From Polaribacter sp. (GTDB taxonomy: Bacteria > Bacteroidota > Bacteroidia > Flavobacteriales > Flavobacteriaceae), in NCBI GenBank assembly GCA_029245665.1, contig JAQWOW010000168.1, forward strand, positions 1 through 33,041: DNA of 33,041 bases, read 5' to 3'. Below the pieces are notes generated by a model, which saw only the letters and a list, made by a program, of their open reading frames with translations, had not been told where the DNA came from and did no database searches. Positions 28,475 to 33,041 of this stretch are shown in pieces (position 1 is the first letter of the stretch; each line of letters begins with the position of its first letter). The translations under genes were made by a program, and so were the position numbers.

Positions 28475-29497
28475 TTAATTTTGATGAATGTGACCAGTGA
28501 TGTTCTTCAAAGAATCTGGTTTTTTATTTTTTATAGTAGCTAGTATTTCAGCCAAGATTGAAATGGCAATTTCTTCGGGGGTTTGAGCCCCCAAGTTTAA
28601 CCCTGCAGGTGTGTGTATACTATCTAGAAAGTCTTCCGTAATTGACGGGTTCAATTCAATTAGCTCGTTAAACATTTTATCCCGTCTTTTTGCGGCTCCT
28701 AAAACACCTAGATATGCCGGTTTTTTATCAATCAATTTTAGTATATATTTTAAATCTTGCACATAACTATGATTCATAATTAGGATTCCTGTATTTGCAT
28801 CAATTTTAGAAAAATCGATCATTTCAGCATTACTTTCAACAACCGAATTTGCTCCTGGGAAATCATTGATACTTTTGGGATCTTTTAAAGAAGTAATGAG
28901 GTCTATCTGCCAACCTAACAAAGAACCTATTTTACATAATTTTACCGCATCGTGTTCAGCACCAATGATTCGTAAATTAAATGCAGGTTTTATCATTTGA
29001 TGAAAGGATAATAGGTTTTTTTCAGGTTTTCTAACAACGTTTTTAGAGAAGGTAAACGGATCTAAATTCTGAAAGGTTAGGATTGAGCCAAAATCAACGC
29101 TAGCTTCCTCATTTTTTGAATAAATAGCTTCGATGTTTATGATTTTTCTGTTTAAAATAGCGTTTCTGAAAGTTGTATGGAGTAGTTCAGAGATAAAAAA
29201 AGGTTCAATTAAGATATACAAAACACCTTCACAACCCAATTTATACCTGCCGTCATAAGTGATTATTTTTGCTTCCGCATTTTTAAAAACACTCTTGCTT
29301 CTGTGAAGAATTTCTTTTTCCACACAGCCTCCACTCACGGCACCGGTCATTTTTTCGTTTTCAGAAATTAGCATGCGAACGCCTGGTTTTCTGTAGGAAG
29401 AGCCCTCTAGATGCACCACAGTTGCCAATACATTTTTTAATCCTTTTTGTTGATTGGTAAATGCTTGATTAATAATTTCTTTAAGTTCGTGAATCAT
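28475..29497 (-). CDS. xdhC: XdhC/CoxI-family molybdoenzyme maturation factor
   Basis: LATVVHLEGSSYRKPG, GAVSGGCVE, LGCEG, YLGVLG, PAGLNLGAQTPEEIAISILAE. Confidence 0.92.
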   Translation of the reverse strand: MIHELKEIINQAFTNQQKGLKNVLATVVHLEGSSYRKPGVRMLISENEKMTGAVSGGCVEKEILHRSKSVFKNAEAKIITYDGRYKLGCEGVLYILIEPFFISELLHTTFRNAILNRKIINIEAIYSKNEEASVDFGSILTFQNLDPFTFSKNVVRKPEKNLLSFHQMIKPAFNLRIIGAEHDAVKLCKIGSLLGWQIDLITSLKDPKSINDFPGANSVVESNAEMIDFSKIDANTGILIMNHSYVQDLKYILKLIDKKPAYLGVLGAAKRRDKMFNELIELNPSITEDFLDSIHTPAGLNLGAQTPEEIAISILAEILATIKNKKPDSLKNITGHIHQN

Positions 29498-29542
29498 TTC
29501 AAATACTAAAATTGAGGTTTAAATATAGAACTTTTAAAGTTA

Positions 29543-29665
29543 TTATTTACAGCTTACATTACAAGTTTCACATTTGTAGATATCTTCATTGATGCTCATT
29601 CTACTTGTATTCTTCTCTCTTATTTTATTGATAAAATTGCAGTAAGTCTGATCACGAACAATCAA
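29543..29665 (-). CDS. Putative small Cys-rich ORF (40 aa from TTG at 29665, or 18 aa from ATG at 29599)
   Basis: Hand translation (M)IVRDQTYCNFINKIREKNTSRMSINEDIYKCETCNVSCK*; co-oriented with both neighbours. No other evidence that it is coding. Confidence 0.2.
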   Translation of the reverse strand: MIVRDQTYCNFINKIREKNTSRMSINEDIYKCETCNVSCK

Positions 29666-29708
29666 CTTTTTATTTAATTGAAAAAGCCACCTTTAAAAGC
29701 TGTGTTTA

Positions 29709-30653
29709 CTAATTCCATTGTAACTTCTTTCTTTCTGCCCAGTAAAATTCGGAATTTACTTTAAAAGAATCTAACAATTTAATTTCATCCGTTGCAAGGT
29801 AAAAAGAAGTCATTTTTAAATTTTCTTTTAATTGAGTAACATTACTAGCACCGCTTAAAACAATGCTCTTGGGAATTGTTTGAGTACAATATTTTAAAGT
29901 AATTGCATCTATACCAACGGTGTATTTTTTCGATAAATCTTCTAAAAAGGTGTACATCTTGTCATAATGCTTATAGTGTTGGTTTCTAAAAACGCGACCA
30001 TTTGCCAACGCCTCTTTGATAACAATCGATTTATTTTGACGAATTAAATCTTTAGAAACCTCCAATAAACTTTGGTCTAAAAAATTATAAGTCACTTGAA
30101 ATATGTCAAAAATTTGCTTGCCATCCACCAACACATTCATGGCTTTTTTAATCACTTCAACCTGGTTTTCGCCTGTTGTTGTCAATCCTATTTTTAGGTT
30201 GTGTTCTTTCTTTAAAAAGGCTAATTTTTTTAAAACTTCTTTATTTTCTAGGACTCCTGTTTCTAAAGTAGCAGAATGAATTTGATATACTTTTAAGTGG
30301 GGGAGAAGTTGTTTCGAGAAATTCCATTGCTCATTTAACTTAGAGAAACTATGTTCTTTAACTTCGTGAATTGTTGCGTTTGCATCGAAATTAGCGGTGT
30401 ACGTATATCCCCATTTTGTTCCAATTTCAATAGATGCATCATTCTTAGTTTGCAACCATTCTAGGACTAATTTTTCGGCGAAACCATAGCCAGGCGCTGT
30501 GTCAAAATATCTAATTCCTAGATTATAAGCTTCTTCTAAAACTGAAAAACTATGCTTTCTAAAAGCTTCTAGAGTAGAATATTTGGTGTTCTCTTGACGA
30601 ATATTGATATATTGTGGCCTTCCTAAAGCCGCTGTTCCTAATCCTAATTTCAT
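29709..30653 (-). CDS. Aldo/keto reductase
   Basis: LGLGT, FDTAPGYG, TKWG, YQIHS, QVTYN, GASNVTQLKEN. Confidence 0.9.
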   Translation of the reverse strand: MKLGLGTAALGRPQYINIRQENTKYSTLEAFRKHSFSVLEEAYNLGIRYFDTAPGYGFAEKLVLEWLQTKNDASIEIGTKWGYTYTANFDANATIHEVKEHSFSKLNEQWNFSKQLLPHLKVYQIHSATLETGVLENKEVLKKLAFLKKEHNLKIGLTTTGENQVEVIKKAMNVLVDGKQIFDIFQVTYNFLDQSLLEVSKDLIRQNKSIVIKEALANGRVFRNQHYKHYDKMYTFLEDLSKKYTVGIDAITLKYCTQTIPKSIVLSGASNVTQLKENLKMTSFYLATDEIKLLDSFKVNSEFYWAERKKLQWN

Positions 30654-30668
30654 AAGTAATTTTGTTTT

Positions 30669-32225
30669 TTAAGAACTACAAGATAGCATCGAACAGCCTA
30701 CTTTATTTCTTGCCCATTCAGGTCTTTTGGCAAACCATTTTACATTCTCAGGTTGCTCAGAATAGGGTTTTTTCAAGAGTTTAAAGAGCTCATCTATTAG
30801 GGTGTAATTTCCCTTATCAGCTTCATCAATAGCCATTTGAGACATGTAATTTCGCAAAATATATTTTGGATTTACAGCATTCATTTTTTCTTTTCTTTGC
30901 GCGGGAGAAAGCAATTCTTGCTGCAATCTACTACTGTAATTCTTAAACCACAAATGCCATTTATTTTTTACATCACTCGAAATATTTTCTAAAGTATAAA
31001 ATGCTTTTTTTATCAATTCAAAAGCTATTTTTTCATCAGAAAAGTCACTTAAATTTCTAAAGAAGATCGTCATGTCTGTTTCAACTAATTGCAAATTGTC
31101 TTCTAAACTTTGAATCAAGTTTACATCGTTTTCATGATTAGAGAACAAACCTAGTTTGGTTTTCATCATCTGGAAAGATTTTTCTTCAAAGTCAACTTTA
31201 TATTGATCTAAAATATTTTCTAAGGGTACTACATCTTCAATAATTGGATACAAAGCATTTGCGAGTTGATATAAATTCCACAAACCAATATTCGGCTGAT
31301 TGCCATACCTGTAGCGTTTATGTTGGCTGTCGGTTGTGTTTGGCGTCCAACTATAATCAAAACCCTCTAACCAGCCATAAGGGCCGAAATCGATGGTTAA
31401 TCCTAAAATAGACATGTTATCAGTATTCATTACTCCATGCACAAAACCAACACGTTGCCAATGGATAATCAGTTCTAAAGTACGTTCAGAAACTTCCTTA
31501 AAAAAGGATACATAGCTTTTTTTTGATGGATTTCCTAAATTTGGAAAATGATGCTTGATTGTGTAGTTTACTAACGATCTTAGGTTTTTAACATCTTTTC
31601 TTGCGGCAAAAATCTCATAATTTCCAAAGCGTAAAAAACTTGGAGCAACCCTAGAAACAATGGCTCCTTTTTCATAAGCCGGATTTCCGTCATATAAAAC
31701 ATCACGTAAAACAGTATCACCAGACAAACTTAAAGACAAAGCACGTGTTGTTGGCACTCCTAGATGAAACATCGCTTCACTACACAAATATTCTCTAACT
31801 GATGAGCGTAAAACAGCCAAACCGTCTGCTGTTCTTGAATACGGGGTTTCTCCAGCACCTTTTAATTGCACTTTCCAGTTTTTATTATGAGATTCAATTT
31901 CAAACAAATTAATGGCTCTTCCATCTCCTAATTGTCCTGCCCAATTGCCAAATTGATGTCCTCCATAACACATGGCATAAGGTCTTGTATTTGGATAAAT
32001 TGTATTTCCAGTAACAATATTTTTAAAGAAATCTGACTTTGTTTCTTGTTCAGATATTTGAAGATCGGAGGCCATTTCCCGGGAAACATGAATCACTTTC
32101 GGTTCTTTGGTTTTTTTCGGTTTTACATATGAAAATACTGCTTCAGTAACCTGTCTTCTTGTGTTTTCAAGAATTGAATCTGACGGATTTTCTGTTGTAA
32201 AAGTTTCTTTTATCCTAAGTTTCAT
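30669..32225 (-). CDS. selO: Protein adenylyltransferase SelO (YdiU/UPF0061)
   Basis: YGGHQFG, GQLGDGRA, QLKGAGETPYSR, DGLAVLRSSVRE, HGVMNTDNMS, IDFGP, C-terminal CSMLSCSS. Confidence 0.96.
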   Translation of the reverse strand: MKLRIKETFTTENPSDSILENTRRQVTEAVFSYVKPKKTKEPKVIHVSREMASDLQISEQETKSDFFKNIVTGNTIYPNTRPYAMCYGGHQFGNWAGQLGDGRAINLFEIESHNKNWKVQLKGAGETPYSRTADGLAVLRSSVREYLCSEAMFHLGVPTTRALSLSLSGDTVLRDVLYDGNPAYEKGAIVSRVAPSFLRFGNYEIFAARKDVKNLRSLVNYTIKHHFPNLGNPSKKSYVSFFKEVSERTLELIIHWQRVGFVHGVMNTDNMSILGLTIDFGPYGWLEGFDYSWTPNTTDSQHKRYRYGNQPNIGLWNLYQLANALYPIIEDVVPLENILDQYKVDFEEKSFQMMKTKLGLFSNHENDVNLIQSLEDNLQLVETDMTIFFRNLSDFSDEKIAFELIKKAFYTLENISSDVKNKWHLWFKNYSSRLQQELLSPAQRKEKMNAVNPKYILRNYMSQMAIDEADKGNYTLIDELFKLLKKPYSEQPENVKWFAKRPEWARNKVGCSMLSCSS

Positions 32226-32271
32226 GTACTTATAATTACAATTTTGTAATTTATTTTTAATGGTATTTGAT

Positions 32272-32808
32272 CTATTTTAATTTATCAGCGTATCTCTTTC
32301 TCAATTTAGCCAATTTTGGCTCAATTACAAAACTACAATATCCCTGTTGTGTGTTTTCTCTGTAGTAATTTTGATGAGCAGCTTCTGCCTCATAAAAAAT
32401 AGGCAAAGCACTTACTTCTGTACATATTGTATTTTGATAATAAGTTTGAATTTTTGTCAATATTTCTTGGGCAATTTTTTGCTGACTTTCAGAATGATAG
32501 AAAATTACAGAACGATATTGTGTTCCTCTGTCTGCTCCCTGTCTGTTGAGTGTTGTTGGGTCGTGGGTGGTCATAAAAATGATTAAAAGTTCTTCAAATG
32601 AGATGATATTTGCATCAAAAGTTACTTGAACAACTTCTGCATGACCGGTTAACCCGGAACAAATTTCTCTGTATGTTGGCTTTCCAGGAGCACTTCCGCC
32701 TGCGTATCCAGAAACCACTTTTTGGACTCCTTTTATTTCTTGAAAGACTGCTTCAGTACACCAAAAACAGCCCCCTCCAACAGTCATAATTTGTATATTA
32801 TTACTCAT
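32272..32808 (-). CDS. msrA: Peptide-methionine (S)-S-oxide reductase
   Basis: [40 protein letters not shown]. Start probably 32808 (32817 is possible); overlaps the msrB stop. Confidence 0.96.
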   Translation of the reverse strand: MSNNIQIMTVGGGCFWCTEAVFQEIKGVQKVVSGYAGGSAPGKPTYREICSGLTGHAEVVQVTFDANIISFEELLIIFMTTHDPTTLNRQGADRGTQYRSVIFYHSESQQKIAQEILTKIQTYYQNTICTEVSALPIFYEAEAAHQNYYRENTQQGYCSFVIEPKLAKLRKRYADKLK

Positions 32809-33041
32809 TTTCTGCATTCTCTTTTTTTAATTGCATGGCTTCAGAATTAATACAATAACGCAATCCACTTGGAAGAGGCCCATCTGGGAAAACATGTCCT
32901 AAATGTGCATCACACGTATTGCAAAGTACTTCAACTCTTATCATCCCAAAAGAAACGTCTTTGTGGTATTTTATGGCATTTTCTTTAATTGGCTGCGTGA
33001 AACTTGGCCATCCAGAACTTGATTCAAATTTTATCGTAGAA
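32801..33041 (-). CDS. msrB: Peptide-methionine (R)-S-oxide reductase; partial (5' end outside the window)
   Basis: Not in the ORF track. Hand translation: [11 protein letters not shown]...[35 protein letters not shown]...ENAENE*; TAA at 32801-32803. Confidence 0.96.
   Translation of the reverse strand, partial: STIKFESSSGWPSFTQPIKENAIKYHKDVSFGMIRVEVLCNTCDAHLGHVFPDGPLPSGLRYCINSEAMQLKKENAENE

Noticed and set aside
30669-30695. Possible selenocysteine in SelO
   Set aside because: The C-terminus is CSMLSCSS ending in TAA, with no in-frame TGA; this is the Cys form.
4523-32586. Other short ORFs overlapping real genes (4523, 5336, 5353, 5360, 5697, 6546, 10412, 18626, 18907, 20168, 20417, 20533, 21311, 21740, 22677, 28262, 32347)
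   Set aside because: They lie antisense or out of frame within well-supported genes and show no recognisable motifs.
1-33041. CRISPR arrays, tRNA/rRNA genes, IS elements, prophage
   Set aside because: No spaced direct repeats, cloverleaf-like or rRNA-like segments, transposases or integrases were seen; all intergenic gaps are under 270 nt.

Overview
An AT-rich, gene-dense bacterial chromosomal window. Gene content, TAnnTTTG promoter elements and A-rich start contexts point to Bacteroidota, most likely Flavobacteriaceae (Polaribacter/Tenacibaculum-like; inference). It holds about 33 CDS, mostly housekeeping: ogt, tatD, a DEAD-box helicase, an OmpA/MotB lipoprotein, apbE, map, gpmI, a long-form phhA, alaS, an M23 peptidase, MerR, lemA-TPM-TPM, xdhC-mocA, an aldo/keto reductase, selO, msrA and msrB. 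Two real edge-truncated CDS are missing from the ORF track: a >=912-codon exported protein at 1..2736 (-) and msrB at 32801..33041 (-). I found no rRNA, tRNA, CRISPR array, transposase, integrase or phage gene. Most notable are (1) a five-gene ACAD-SDR-ACAD11/LvaC-like-APH kinase-SDR cluster between merR and lemA, resembling a split ACAD10/11 or lva-type 4-hydroxyacyl-CoA pathway; (2) a msrB-msrA-selO-AKR redox-repair/AMPylation run followed by xdhC-mocA with no client enzyme in view; (3) a large exported protein with SprA-like repeat motifs; and (4) a small protein that looks like a catalytically dead PD-(D/E)xK fold, coupled to the helicase. All family calls rest on motif recognition by eye; no searches were run.
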